From Macrostomum lignano (taxonomy: Eukaryota), in contig NIVC01001068.1 of assembly GCA_002269645.1 (NCBI GenBank), positions 144,828-208,827 on the forward strand: a DNA stretch of 64,000 nt, in the 5' to 3' direction. The translations under genes and the position numbers were made by a program. Under the pieces are notes generated by a model. That model was given only the letters and a program-made list of their open reading frames with translations. It did no database searches and had not been told where the DNA came from. Shown piece after piece: positions 35,101 through 45,994 of the stretch; position 1 is the stretch's first letter, and every line of letters starts with the position of its first letter.

Positions 35101-37978
35101 ACCAGATTGACTGGATTCTGCACCATGTACATTGGGAGTGACCAGATTGACTGGATTCTGCACCATGTACATTGGGAGTGACCAGATTGACTGGATTCTG
35201 CACCATGTACATTGGGAGTGACCAGATTGACTGGATTCTGCACCATGTACATTGGGAGTGACCAGAATGACTGGATTCTGCACCATGTACATTGGGAGTG
35301 ACCAGATTGACTGGATTCTGCACCATGTACATTGGGAGTGACCAGAATGACTGGATTCTGCACCATGTACATTGGGAGTGACCAGATTGACTGGATTCTG
35401 CACCATGTACATTGGGAGTGACCAGAATGACTGGATTCTGCACCATGTACATTGGGAGTGACCAGATTGACTGGATTCTGCACCATGTACATTGGGAGTG
35501 ACCAGATTGACTGGATTCTGCACCATGTACATTGGGAGTGACCAGATTAATTCAAAAGACCATCACTCGCTAATGTAGGAGACCATTAATCGTTAATATA
35601 ACGAACCATTAACAATTTATTTAACAAACAACTACTCGTTGATTCAAAAGGCAATTAATCGTTAATTTTAAGGAGCCAATAATAGTTAATTTAACGGACT
35701 ATTATTCGTAATTTAATTATTGTTAACCAATTATCGTCAAGTTAAGGGCCAATTAATCGTTAACTTCTAAGAGACCATTAATCGTTAATTAATGAGACCA
35801 TTAATCAAAAATTTAAGGGACAATTATTTATTAATTAAAAGACAATCCATCATTAATTTAGGAGACTATTATTTATTAATTTAAGGCCCATTAATCGTTT
35901 ATGTAAGGGACCATTATTCGTTAATTTAAGGGCTTACTAATATTTAATTTAAGGGACCATTAATCTTTAATTTAAGAGACCATCATTAGGTAATTTAAGA
36001 GACCATCATTCGGTAATTTAAGAGACCATCATTCGGTAATTGAAAGGACCATTAATCTTTAATTTAAGAGACCATTTATCGTTAACTTAAGAGACCATCA
36101 TTCGGTAATTTAAGAGACTATTTATCGTTAATTTAAGAGACCATCATTCGGTAATTTAAGAGACCATTAATCGGTAATTTAAGAGACCATTATTCGGTAA
36201 TTTAAGAGACCATTAAACGGTAATTTAAGAGACCATTAATCGTTAATTTAAGAGACCATTAATCTTTAATTTAAGAGACCATCATTCGGTAATTTAAGAG
36301 ACCATCATTCGGTAATTTAAGAGACCATCATTCGGTAATTTAAGAGACCATCATTCGGTAATTTAAGAGACCATCATTCGGTAATTTAAGAGACCATCAT
36401 TCGGTAATTTAAGAGACCATTAATTGGTAATTCAAGGCAATACACCGTAGACGACGAACACCTTCAGCTTACATCTTCAACGGCAGCCAAAAATTTGTGC
36501 CTCCCAGCTGCCCCGGCAGTCTTAGCCGCCTCATCATATGGAAACAACAGCAGCCGATCAACCGCCCAGCGCCGCACTGCTAAACAATCGTGTCGACTCG
36601 CCCGACGCAGCAGGCACGCCAGCCAGGAATAGTCCAACCCAGTCGCCGTTGCGCTGGCGGCTACCACGGCTGATTGGAGTCGATGATATCCGGCAAGTCC
36701 CGGCCGAATCAGGTGCAACTGGCGCTCCTCAAGGATGTCGCACAGTTGTAGATAGATTGGCCAGTAACTGTCGATATTGTCGGCGGTAGCAGCGGAAGCG
36801 ACACCGGAAGTGGCGTTATTAGAAGCGATACCAGAAGTAGAGTTACCAGAAGCGACACCGGAACTGCCAGTATTAGAAGCAAGACCGGAAGTGGCGTTAT
36901 TATAAGGGACACCGGAAGTGCCAGTATTAAAAGCCAGACCGGAAGTGGCATTATTAGAAGGGACACCGGAAGTGCCAGTATTAAAAGCCAGACCGGAAGT
37001 GGCATTATTAGAAGCGACGCCGGAAGTGCAAGTATTAGAAGCCAGATCGGAAGTGCGAGTATTAGAAGCCAGACCGGAAGTGCCAGTATTAGAAGCCAGA
37101 CCGGAAGTGGCGTTATCAGAAGCAACATCGGAGATGGCATTATCGGAAGCGATCCCGGAAGTGGCACAATTTGAAGCGGAACTAATCGTCGAGCCAAACC
37201 GACGCAACAAATACAGAGCTCGTTTCCTAGAAGCGGCATTATCCCCGGCAATGGCCGATCGAGCCAGTCCGCTAAGCAGCTCAGCAACCTCCCGACCGTC
37301 TTGGCTGCTATTCAATGCTAACTCGACAGACTCCGGCAGGCAGCAGACAGCTCGAAGCGTCAGATTTGAATCGTCAACTATCGATGCCACCTCTTCGACT
37401 GCGTCTAGGGCAACTTTATCCAGCCGACTAAGACGGGCCGCCAGGCCGCAAAGACAGCCTTCGAGAGCGGCGGCGGCGTCGGAACCAGCCGGCGCAACGG
37501 CGGCAAACAGCCGCGGCAGTTGAAGCACTTCAAGGCAGATCCTGGAAAACTCTGCCGGTTCAATCTCTCTACTAATACTACCGACATCTGGTCGACGACG
37601 GTACATCGCCGACAATCTGGCGCAGTCGAATTCCGACAACGAACCGACTGCGATCGCCCTAGCAACCAGGCCGACTATCATGGATTCCAGTTCGGCTGAG
37701 TCGGCTAGCGATACCAGCAGGTTGAACAGCTTCAAACGGATGTCATTGTCGTCATCTACTAGAAGAAGACGATCTGACCCGTTGATTTCCAGCAGATCGG
37801 CACACGAGGCCGATCGAGCGTCCGAGATGAGGCTGGGAATCTGGTCGGCGGGCTGATCGGCCGCCAGCCTGAGCAGAGTCTGCGTGTCCAGCCAAGCCAG
37901 GCTGTTGCTGGAGATTAACTGGCCGAGCAGCACTGATGATGAGGCCGCAGCCTGGGAGATCGCCGGTTGTTGCTGCAT
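10386..37978 (-). CDS. TARBP1: tRNA (guanosine-18-2'-O)-methyltransferase TARBP1/Trm3, 14 coding exons, about 1674 aa
   Basis: Exons 37978-36473, 35039-34859, 29691-29568, 28704-28379, 27420-27062, 26109-25984, 24903-24815, 20586-20142, 19307-19048, 18473-18245, 17404-17255, 13502-13268, 12042-11592, 10929-10386; total 5025 nt, all GT-AG with matching phases and no stops. C-terminal SpoU domain ([25 protein letters not shown]...[11 protein letters not shown]...[16 protein letters not shown]). N-terminal blocks [32 protein letters not shown] and [12 protein letters not shown] match the TARBP1 family as recalled. Confidence 0.9.
12068..13145. repeat. 22-bp minisatellite (CTCACTGTAGGATAATCTCTCC)n, TARBP1 intron 12
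   Basis: About 48 tandem units. Confidence 0.96.
13512..15920. repeat. 26-bp minisatellite (GCTGATGGGGAATTGTTCACTGTGTA)n, about 77 copies, followed by a related 24-bp array (15535-15920)
   Basis: Tandem units visible directly; the second array keeps the GCTGAT-GGGGAATT core. Confidence 0.97.
16530..17170. repeat. CT-rich low-complexity tract
   Basis: TCTCCCTTCATTTC-like units. Confidence 0.85.
17500..18235. repeat. (ACAG)n microsatellite, TARBP1 intron 10
   Basis: Fills almost the whole intron; contains an internal duplication of about 150 bp. Confidence 0.96.
18595..18945. repeat. 24-bp purine-rich minisatellite, TARBP1 intron 9
   Basis: GGGAAGAGGGTAAAGAGAGGGCAG units. Confidence 0.93.
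19355..20040. repeat. 27-30-bp minisatellite (CTGATGCTTCAGAGGTGCTGCCCCTCC)n, TARBP1 intron 8
   Basis: Tandem units visible directly. Confidence 0.94.
21102..23024 (+). mobile_element. Penelope-like retroelement (RT + GIY-YIG), internally deleted and frameshifted
   Basis: [15 protein letters not shown]; [20 protein letters not shown] joined directly to HKNIRFT...LPFLD (catalytic YxDD region absent); LNGYP thumb; [14 protein letters not shown]...YIG...RVKEH...EAMYI...PNLN. 44-bp inverted terminal repeat at 21143-21186 vs 22981-23024 with 1 mismatch. Confidence 0.9.
22965..23004 (+). ncRNA. Minimal type I hammerhead ribozyme in the PLE pseudo-LTR
   Basis: Stem I TGCC(22965-68)/GGCA(23001-04); core CTGAAGA(22969-75) plus one extra C; stem II GACC-gattgt-GGTC; GAA; palindromic stem III ATGCAT (22994-99); cleavage triplet AUU ending at 23000. 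Confidence 0.8.
23815..24418. mobile_element. MITE / non-autonomous Tc1-mariner-type DNA transposon
   Basis: 218-bp TIRs at 23815-24032 and 24201-24418, identical by eye (CTGTCCGTCAAAAGTTCCGG...); 168-bp non-coding spacer; TA on both sides. Confidence 0.88.
24547..24772 (-). mobile_element. tRNA-derived SINE, family B, 5'-truncated copy
   Basis: Colinear similarity to 44368-44690 (GGCTCGATTC.AAGTGCAGTCAC...GGCTTGGCTCTGCTCGTGCAATTAACGGCCTTGAG...GTCGCTTAAAGTGCG); A box missing. Confidence 0.8.
25225..25955. repeat. 46-bp minisatellite, TARBP1 intron 6
   Basis: CTGAATCTAAAATACCCTTAGACTGCATCTGACATACCCCAGTGTC units. Confidence 0.96.
26215..27030. repeat. 28-bp minisatellite (CAGCAACTGAGGATCTGGGAGGCTGGCC)n, TARBP1 intron 5
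   Basis: Same unit as the array at 58670-59160. Confidence 0.96.
27535..28240. repeat. 29-bp purine-rich minisatellite, TARBP1 intron 4
   Basis: GCGGAGGGAGAGGGTGGATAAGAGGGGGA units. Confidence 0.95.
28730..29200. repeat. (TCTG)n microsatellite, TARBP1 intron 3
   Basis: Visible directly. Confidence 0.95.
29826..34469 (-). mobile_element. Full-length Ty3/gypsy LTR retrotransposon (Mag-like) in TARBP1 intron 2
   Basis: LTRs 34082-34469 and 29826-30212 (TG...CA, identical by eye except A7 vs A6); TSD GGATG at 29821-25 and 34470-74; PBS TGGCGTCGCAAGCAGG at 34080-34065; PPT GAAGGGGGGAGA at 30224-30213. Confidence 0.97.
30210..34081 (-). CDS. Gag-Pol polyprotein (Gag with two Cys/His knuckles, PR, RT, RNase H, IN); one frameshift inside Gag near 33686-33689
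   Basis: [13 protein letters not shown] and [14 protein letters not shown]; [10 protein letters not shown]; RT YQDD; RNase H TDAS...EREALA...TDHRPL; IN H..HQG...C..C, D..D..E ([15 protein letters not shown]). The order PR-RT-RH-IN is that of gypsy. Confidence 0.93.
34470..34775. repeat. 23-bp minisatellite (GGATGGATTAGGGTGGCTATTAG)n containing TTAGGG
   Basis: Abuts the 5' LTR; a degenerate unit lies on the other side of the element (about 29790-29825). Confidence 0.9.
35080..36430. repeat. 40-bp array (35080-35548) and AT-rich 23-bp array (about 35560-36430) in TARBP1 intron 1
   Basis: CTGCACCATGTACATTGGGAGTGACCAGATTGACTGGATT and TAATTTAAGAGACCATCATTCGG units. Confidence 0.93.
36790..37165 (-). 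repeat. In-frame 27-bp repeat encoding ([10 protein letters not shown])-like 9-aa units in TARBP1 exon 1
   Basis: About 12-13 units with the ORF open throughout. Confidence 0.85.
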
Positions 37979-38109
37979 GAATTAGCGGAGAGATTTCTGG
38001 AAAACTGTAGCTATTGAAAATTTTAAACAAAAATCTAGTCCAACCCGTCAGTTGGCATTCTCAATCGCTTAGGAGACTTACTCTCTACCTCCAGAAACCT
38101 TGCCATTTA

Positions 38110-38525
38110 ACTTAAGCCTTACTCTCTCCCTCAAGAAGCCTTACTCTCTCCCTCAAGAAGCCTTACTCTCTCCCTCAAGAAGCCTTACTCTCTCCCTCAA
38201 TATGCCTTACTCTCTCCCTCAATATGCCTTACTCTCTCCCTCAAGAAGCCTTACTCTCTCCCTCAAGAAGCCTTACTCTCTCCCTCAAGAAGCTTTACTC
38301 TCTCCCTCAAGAAGCCTTACTCTCTCCCTCAAGAAGCCTTACTCTCTCCCTCAATATGCCTTACTCTCTCCCTCAATATGCCTTACTCTCTCCCTCAAGA
38401 AGCCTTACTCTCTCCCTCAAGAAGCCTTACTCTCTCCCTCAATATGCCTTACTCTCTCCCTCAATATGCCTTACTCTCTCCCTCAAGAAGCCTTACTCTC
38501 TCCCTCAAGAAGCTTTACTCTCTCA
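38110..38525. repeat. 22-bp minisatellite (GCCTTACTCTCTCCCTCAAGAA)n upstream of TARBP1
   Basis: Visible directly. Confidence 0.94.
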
Positions 38526-40236
38526 CACTAAGGAGGCTAAGGAGTCTCCTCCTTCAAGTGTGACTTGTCGACGTTTGAACCGACACTTAAAACATGAAAC
38601 ACGCACAAAATCTATTTACATAACACATGATGCATAGTAATAATTACTAGAACTGGGTTGAACGAGATTAAGACTAATATGGGAAAATGTTGTCCACGAA
38701 CGAAACTAACGATCAGATTAGGGTAGGGAAAAATTAATTCATGAAAATTAATTACCGAGTGCGTCAGGTAAATCAACCTTGAAAGCAGATGGATCGGAAT
38801 ATGGTAATCTTTGTGTCATTGCGAATTAAGTAAGTAATTAAGCACTTAGGCACAGACGCTTGCCAGTAGTGTATCTGCCCTCTACATTTGACAAATGAAC
38901 GATTCCTAATTAAAAAACTGGCTAGCTTTTTCAGTTACCAGAGAAAGAGGCTTTTACCCTCTGTGGAGAGCATTTTTGACTTACTGAGGGGACTTTTTGA
39001 GGGGAGAATTTTCCTGTTGCTAAGAGGAAATTTTCCACTTTCTGAGGGGAGAATTTTCCTGTTGCTAAGAGGGATTCTTTCACTTTCTGAGGTGGGATTT
39101 CTACTTGCTGAGAGGAATTTCGCACTCGCTGAAGGGAGAATTTTCCGCTTTCTAGAGGGGGGATTTCTTACTTGTTGAGGGGAGAATTTTCCACTTGCTG
39201 AAAAGAGAATTTTTCCCTCCATGATTGAAAAATCGCAAACCTCACTTGCTGAGGTGGAAAATCTTGCGTTTAAACGGAGGGAATTTTTTATCACTATTAG
39301 GCTTACCGTTTGGCAGTACTCTACCTGTACTCTTCCCCAGCTACCAACTAACAAGAATTTACACTGCTTTACACTGCCATTGAAATTAAACTGACAAAAT
39401 AAGAATAAGATCCAATCCCACATTTTAATTGTACTCATTACACGTGGCATAATACAGCAGAAACTTAATAACTTCAAAGCTGCTGTACCTGCAATAGAGA
39501 AGCAAATGTTTTTTTTTATTTTTAAACAGTTTCCGATGATTAGACAATGCATACATACATCGGATTCAGAATTAAACAAAAGAGAGAATAATTGCTAAAC
39601 AAGTATAGTTGACGATATTACGTCTACCTTTTGAAAGTTACTCTCAAATTGGATAAAATGTTTTAAAACCTTGGATAAATTTAATAAGTTTACTTTTACT
39701 TTATTGCTACCTTGAATGACTCAAAATATACAAGTTTATTGGTTTAAACATTGAGTCGGGTCAGGACTTTCGCTTTTACAGACCCGAAAAGAGCCGTTTT
39801 CCGACACTTCAAGCATATTTATCTTTTAAACAATGTTTAAAAAATTTTCTTAACAGTTTTAATTCAATAAGCCCTTTAAATGGGCCCTTTTACAACTGTT
39901 ATGCTTATCTTTTTTAGCCCTAAAAGGGCCTTTTACATTTGTTTCTCACTAGCCCTTAAAAGGGCCGTTTTACAACTATTACGGTTGTCTTTCTACTACT
40001 CTTTAAAAGGGCCGTTTCACTTAAAAGGGCCGTTTCACGACTTTTGTGCTTGTCGTTATATTAGCTACAAAGAAGGGCGATTTACATCTGTTTTGTTTGT
40101 CTTTTTATTAACTCTTAAATGGCCGTTTCCCCCCAAAAACAAAGTTATTTAAATTAAACTAAGCTAAGCGGAACAGCTTATAAAAACGAGTTCAGTGAGA
40201 GAAAAGAGAATAAATCCTTAGTCATTAATAAACTTG

Positions 40237-43200
40237 TTACTTCTTTCTACCGCCGCGCTCCTTCAACTGCAGCGAGACAGGCGTCTGGGCTGTAACATTA
40301 TAATAAGCCAACGAGTTCGCGTCCTTCATAAACAGACCGTCGATGCTGAGTTTCTGTTTAGCCACCGGCAGCTTGCAGGCGTCGGCTATGGCCGATTTCA
40401 AGCTGGCTACAGAAGAGGTGAGCGGCAGGCTGAGGGTGAGGGTCTGCCCGGTCAGGCCCAGCTCCGGCCGGTCCGGATGGCTCGGAGCCGCCACCCGGAC
40501 CGTGGCGGCGCCCTGCGGCTGGGTGCGCAGAAACGCATCCTCGGGCATCAGGTCCGCCTCGGTGCGAGCTCGCTTAGCCGGCGGCTCGTCCGACGCTGCC
40601 GCCGACGAAGCCGTCGTGGTGGCCGACGCCGTCGACACGAAAACGGCAACCGGCGGCAGCAGCGCCGACTGCGGCGGAGCTCCGCCCGGCGGCAGGAGGC
40701 CGCCAGCAAAATGATGGCTCCCAGCGCCAATGCCGGGCGGATGCTGAGGAGGCTGCAACATCATCAGGGGCCGGCCGATGCCAGGCGGCTGAAACGGCTG
40801 CTGTTGAGTGAAGTGAGGAGCGTGAGGATGAGGATGAAGATGCTGAGGCGGCGCCGGCGGATGCAGCGGCTGGGCCGGCATAGCGATGGGCCTTGGCGCC
40901 GGAGGCTGCTGCAGCGGCTGCGTCGATACAGCCTTCCCGATGGGCACCTGCGAAGGAGGCGGCGGCGGCGGCGGCTGCGAACTAGCCGAAGAAGTTGTCG
41001 AAGAGGCAGCAGAGGAAGCTGCGGCAGTAGATGAAGTTGCTGCTGTAGCAGACGCGGCAGCGGTGGAAGCGGCGGAGGCCGTCGAAGTGGCCGATTGGGA
41101 ATCCTCAGTCTGGTCATCGCTCACTGGCTGGATCTTCCGCCCGATCAGCGTCTCCTCCTGGCCAACGCCGAAGATGTCCGTGCGGCGCTCGGCGAGCTGC
41201 TTGAGCGTGTCATCCACGGCGACACCGACGCCCGGCGTGTAGACGGCGTCGCCTTTGGCTCGCTCGGCGGCCTCGCGATCGCGCTGCTCCCGCCACTGCC
41301 GATTGAGCAGGCCGATGTGCACGTGCTTGCCGACCTCGGAGTCCGGTATGCGCTCCCCGGTGATTGGCGACACCAGGTAGTGCGAGCTGGACGCGTCCTT
41401 CGGCCGGCCGGACGGATTGGCTTTGGGATCGTAGTTGCGCACGACCACGGGAGCCTGGCCGGGGATTGGGCCGGCCGACGCCGCAGGCGCCGGCGGTGGT
41501 GGCGGCGGCGGCGGCGGAGGCGGCGGTGGCATAGCGGCCGAGTTCTTAGTTGCCGGCTCCTTCGGCGTACCACCGGCCGCGTCTTCCCCGACTTCCCCGG
41601 CGGCGGCAGTTTCGTCCGAGTCGTCGCGATCGAGATCAACGTCCGGCTGCTGAGTCTCGCCATCCGCAGACGGCGGCTGCTTCTGCTGTTGCGCCTGCGG
41701 CACAGTGATGTCCACGCCGCGTTTCTCTAACAGCATCCGCTTGCCGACCTCCTCTGGCGTTGTCGGCGGAGGGAAATTTCCGGTTTCGTGCGGCTGCAAT
41801 GTGGAATGCGTAGGGCGGTGGGGATTTTAATTCGCTTCATTATATTCTAATCTCTCCTCCGTCCCAGTCCTTGTATTAGTCTCGTCTCGACTATACTTGA
41901 AGCATGGCCTCTGAAGCATAATCTCCATTACCTCTACCCTAATCTCCACTCCCTCTACTCTAATACCCTAATCTCCACTCCCTCTACTCTAATACCCTAA
42001 TCTCCACTCCCTCTACTCTAATACCCTAATCTCCAATCCCTCTACTCTAACACCCTAATCTCCACTCCCTCTACTCTAATACCCTAATCTCCAATCCCTC
42101 TACTCTAATACCCTAATCTCCACTCCCTCTACTCTAATACCCTAATCTCCACTCCCTCTACTCTAATACCCTAATCTCCAATCCCTCTACTCTAATACCC
42201 TAATATCCACTCCCTCTACTCTAATACCCTAATCTCCAATCCCTCTACCCTAATACCCTAATCTCCACTTCCTCTACTCTAATACCCTAATCTCCATTCC
42301 CTCTACTCTAATACCCTAATCTCCACTCCCTCTACTCTAATACCCTAATCTCCACTCCCTCTACTCTAATACCCTAATCTCCACTCCCTCTACTCTAATA
42401 CCTTAATCTCCATTCCCTCTACTCTAATACTCTAATACCCTAATCTCCACTCCCTCCACTTTAATACCCTAATACCCTAATCTCTGAGCCCTAAGCCAAG
42501 AACAGATTCAATAAGCCGCCTGTTCACCTGGAAATCCACCGATTCCACGATAACAAAATCGTGCCAGTCAATCTGCGCGTAGGCCAGCCGCTCCCGTTCG
42601 ATAGCCTCCTGCTCGAGTCTCTTCTCCCTGTCCTGCCACCGCTCCCAGTCCAGACGGTACTTGGCCTGCTTGAGCACCTCCTCCGAGCTGACAGCGTCTT
42701 TAGCCAATTTTGACAGCAAATCTTTTGGCGGAATGAGCACTTTAGTGTACTGCTCAACTAGCTTAGTGAAATATGAGAACAGCGAGTGCTGCGGGCGTAA
42801 AAAATCAAACTGTGGATTTCTCTGCTCTCTGAGCATCAATTGAGTCAGGAACTGCCGGCCATTTCTAGCTACAAACTGGGCAGCGATCCGAACAATATCC
42901 AATTCCATAGCATTGATGCTGGTTGGCTCGGCCGAGAATTCGAACTCAGGCGGCGGCTCTTTCGGTTGGAACTGTTCGGCTAGCTTCTTCTGCACGTCAG
43001 CTTCGGCGCCAGGCGCCCGGGCGGCGCTAGGCGCGGAAACTTTCAGCGCGTCGGATTCTTGCGCGCGACCCTCGGAAAAATCGGTGACCTTCTGCCTATA
43101 GTAGGCGTGATACGGATCCGACGGATTTAGAAAATTAAATTTCGCATTAGAGATTTCGTTCTGCCGAATACGGGCCTCGAACTCGGGACCATTGCGAGCG

Positions 43201-43430
43201 ACAAACGAGGCAGTTTTGTCAACAATGTTGCGCACCTCCGGCGGTGGATAGATGATGCCAACTACAGGCTTCTGAGCCTCGTCCGAAGCGTTCTGCTGGT
43301 TGGAGTCAGCGGAATCACCGGCCTGCTGGGAATCGGCACCTGTAGCGCCATTTGACCCGTTTGTGCCGGCATTGGCTAAAGCTGCGGCAATTTCTTTTGC
43401 TTGCTCTTGAAGCAGAGTTGTAGAAGACAT
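40237..43430 (-). CDS. SF3A1: Splicing factor 3A subunit 1 (SF3a120/Prp21), 2 coding exons, about 819 aa
   Basis: Exons 43430-42528 and 41793-40237 (phase 0). SURP1 GIIYPPPEVRNIVDKTASFVARNG; SURP2 LDIVRIAAQFVARNG; IDWHDFVIVESVDFQ|PHETGNFPPPTTPEE; SPITGERIP; C-terminal ubiquitin-like domain ending LQLKERGGRKK. Confidence 0.96.
41925..42480. repeat. 29-bp minisatellite containing CCCTAA, SF3A1 intron
   Basis: TAATACCCTAATCTCCACTCCCTCTACTC units. Confidence 0.95.
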
Positions 43431-43559
43431 GCTTGCCGAGTTGGGGGCATGAAGTGCATTGTGCGTGCAGCGATAAAACTTTGCAAATATTAAATTGAAA
43501 CAACACCAAGTAAACTGAGGGGCAGAGAAGCGAGAGGGGAAAGAAATAAGGAGAGTTAG

Positions 43560-44120
43560 GGAAGCAAAGAGAGAGCTGGCGATATTGGAGACGTGGAGAC
43601 ACGTGAGATTAAGGAGACGGGAGCTTGGAGAGAACTGAGATTGGAGAGACTTGGCGCGAGACTGTAGAGACGGGAGATTGAAGAGATGCGAGACTGTAGA
43701 CGTGAGAGTGGAGATGTGAGATTGGAGAGACGTGAGACTGAAGAGACGTGAGAGATTGGAGACACGTGAGATTGGAGAGACGGAGACTGTAGAGACGGGA
43801 GATTGGAGACGCGAGATTGTAGAGATGTGAGAGTGGAGAAGGGAGACTGGAGAGACGTGAGACTGGAGAGACGTGAGAGTGGAGAAGGGAGCTTGGAGAG
43901 ACGTGAGAGTGGAGACAGGAGATTGGAGAGACGTGAGAGTGGAGACGTGAGACTGGAGAGATGTGAGACTGGAGAGACGTGAGAGTGGAGAGACGTGAGA
44001 GATTTGAGACATTTGAGACTGGAGACGTGGGATTGGATAAAGTGAGATTAGAGACGCAAGTCTATAGATCCGTGAGATTGAAGAAACATGAGAATGGGGA
44101 CCGGAGGTTGGAGACAAGAG
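43560..44120. repeat. GA-rich degenerate repeat of about 16 bp upstream of the SF3A1 start codon
   Basis: GGAGAGACGTGAGA(C/G)T units. Confidence 0.88.
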
Positions 44121-44367
44121 AGATGCGGGAGGTGAAGTCAAGGGAGAAGTGAGTTGGGAGATTTATGACAGTGCGAGTTGTGAGGGAAATGAGAGTGATG
44201 AAGCACAAATCAAAGAACGGAACGCGCAGTTTTGGCCCAGAACTAGCAAAGCAGCTTATAAGAAGTAAGCTATCGATTTGGATTCTGTCCATCCCAAAAG
44301 AGCCATAATTTCAGTCAGAAAGTCTTACTAATTATGTATAGCCTATTTAATAAGTACTTCATGTTAA

Positions 44368-44700
44368 GGGGGTCCGTAGCCCAGCGGTCTAACGCAGGCT
44401 CTGGTGTGCTAGCGACCCAGGCTCGATTCCAAGTGCAGTCACATTAATTTGGGGCTGAATTGGAATCTGGGCTTGGCTCTGCTCGTGCAATTAACGGCCT
44501 TGAGAGCCAACCCCCAAGGCGCAGTGAAGTGTACATGCATAACGATAATATAAAGTTAGGGCCGCTGTGCACTCCTGTGTGAGTGTGTGCCTGCGTACGT
44601 ATCCGCGCGCTTGTGTGCCTGCTCATGGGAGTCCGCGGAATGAGCAGTAATGCCTCTCGCCGGTTGTGTGCCTATGTCGCTTAAAGTGCGCCAGGGTGCA
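44368..44700 (+). mobile_element. tRNA-derived SINE, family B, full head
   Basis: A box TAGCCCAGCGG and B-box-like GGCTCGATTCC; body shared with 24547-24772. Confidence 0.8.
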
Positions 44701-45439
44701 CACAACCCCCCTGCCTCTAACAAAAAAGTCCTTCATGTTTGTCAACAGCATAATTAACATGAAAAATAATTAATGAACAATAACTTGATGATTGCAAACA
44801 TAACAAAAAGCATATATTAAAAATGGCATTTATTTTATTTTATTTATACAAAAGCTGGCTCTTACTTTTACTCATCAAAGCATACAAAAGATTCTAGGGA
44901 AAAAACGACAATGAAAAAGCAGACAAAAAGCACTCAACTGGAACTAGTTTTGCGATTAACTAAAGCTTAAGCCACTACAGTAGACAAGCATAATAACTAT
45001 ATCTAGGAATAAATTATTAATGAGATTTAAAAACAACCAGATTATTTCACTATATTAGGAAATAAAAAACTTTTAAATCTCAATACATTCCTACCTTAGT
45101 ACAATATTTATCTTTTTACTACATCAAGCCAGTACAAACCTGGTCTAAAAAAATCGAAGTCAAGTTAAAAAATAACAAACTTTGTTAATCTATGCAATAA
45201 CATGAAATTTTGTTTTAAGTAAAAAATTTCTTCTTGAAAATCCCAACAACAAAACATAATTCATACTGGCCAAGATTATTGCACCATCATAACATCATTA
45301 TGGCTGAGTCTTTGATTCAATGCGATTTTACGAGAACTACTTTTGTCGATTTCTGAGACGACTCAGACGATATTAAGATGATTTATTGGACGATTTTAGA
45401 ACGAATCAGGGTGGCGATTCTTGGCATGACTTGGCCGCG

Positions 45440-45990
45440 ATGGCACGATGATTCAGAGAGTGATTTCTGATGATTCAGAGGGTGATTGTGATTCACGATG
45501 ATTTAGAGGGTGATTCAGGATGATTCAGAGGGTGATTCACGATGATTTAGAGGGTGATTCAGGATGATTCAGAGGGTGATTTATGATGATTCAGAGAGTG
45601 ATTCAGGATGATTCAGACGGTGATTCAGGATGATTCAGACGGTGATTCAGGATGATTCAGAGTGTGATTCAGAGTATGATTCAGAGGGTGGTTCATGATG
45701 ATTCAAAGGGTGGTTCAGGATGATTCAGACGGTGATTCAGGATGATTCAGAGTGTGATTCAGAGTATGATTCAAAGGGTGATTTAGAATGATTCAGAGAG
45801 CAATTTATGATGATTCAGAGAGTGATTTTTGATGATTCCGAGAGTAATTCAGGATGATTCAGAGTGCGATTTATAATGATTCAGAGAGTGATTTTTGATG
45901 ATTCCGAGAGTGATTCAGGATGATTGAGAGGGTAATTCAGGATGATTCAGAGTGATTCATCATGATTCAGAGAGTGATTTATGATCATTT
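45440..45990. repeat. GATGATTCAG-based degenerate minisatellite downstream of the GPCR stop
   Basis: Visible directly. Confidence 0.88.
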
Positions 45991-45994
45991 AGGA

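Noticed and set aside
40234-41730. Long plus-strand ORFs over SF3A1, TARBP1 exons and pol (e.g. 40234-41034, 36918-37523)
   Set aside because: Antisense or alternative-frame shadows of GC-rich coding exons with no family motifs.
42477-44141. 554-aa ORF suggesting an N-terminally extended SF3A1
   Set aside because: The first 237 codons come from the GA-rich repeat and an acceptor-like region; homology starts after the ATG at 43430.
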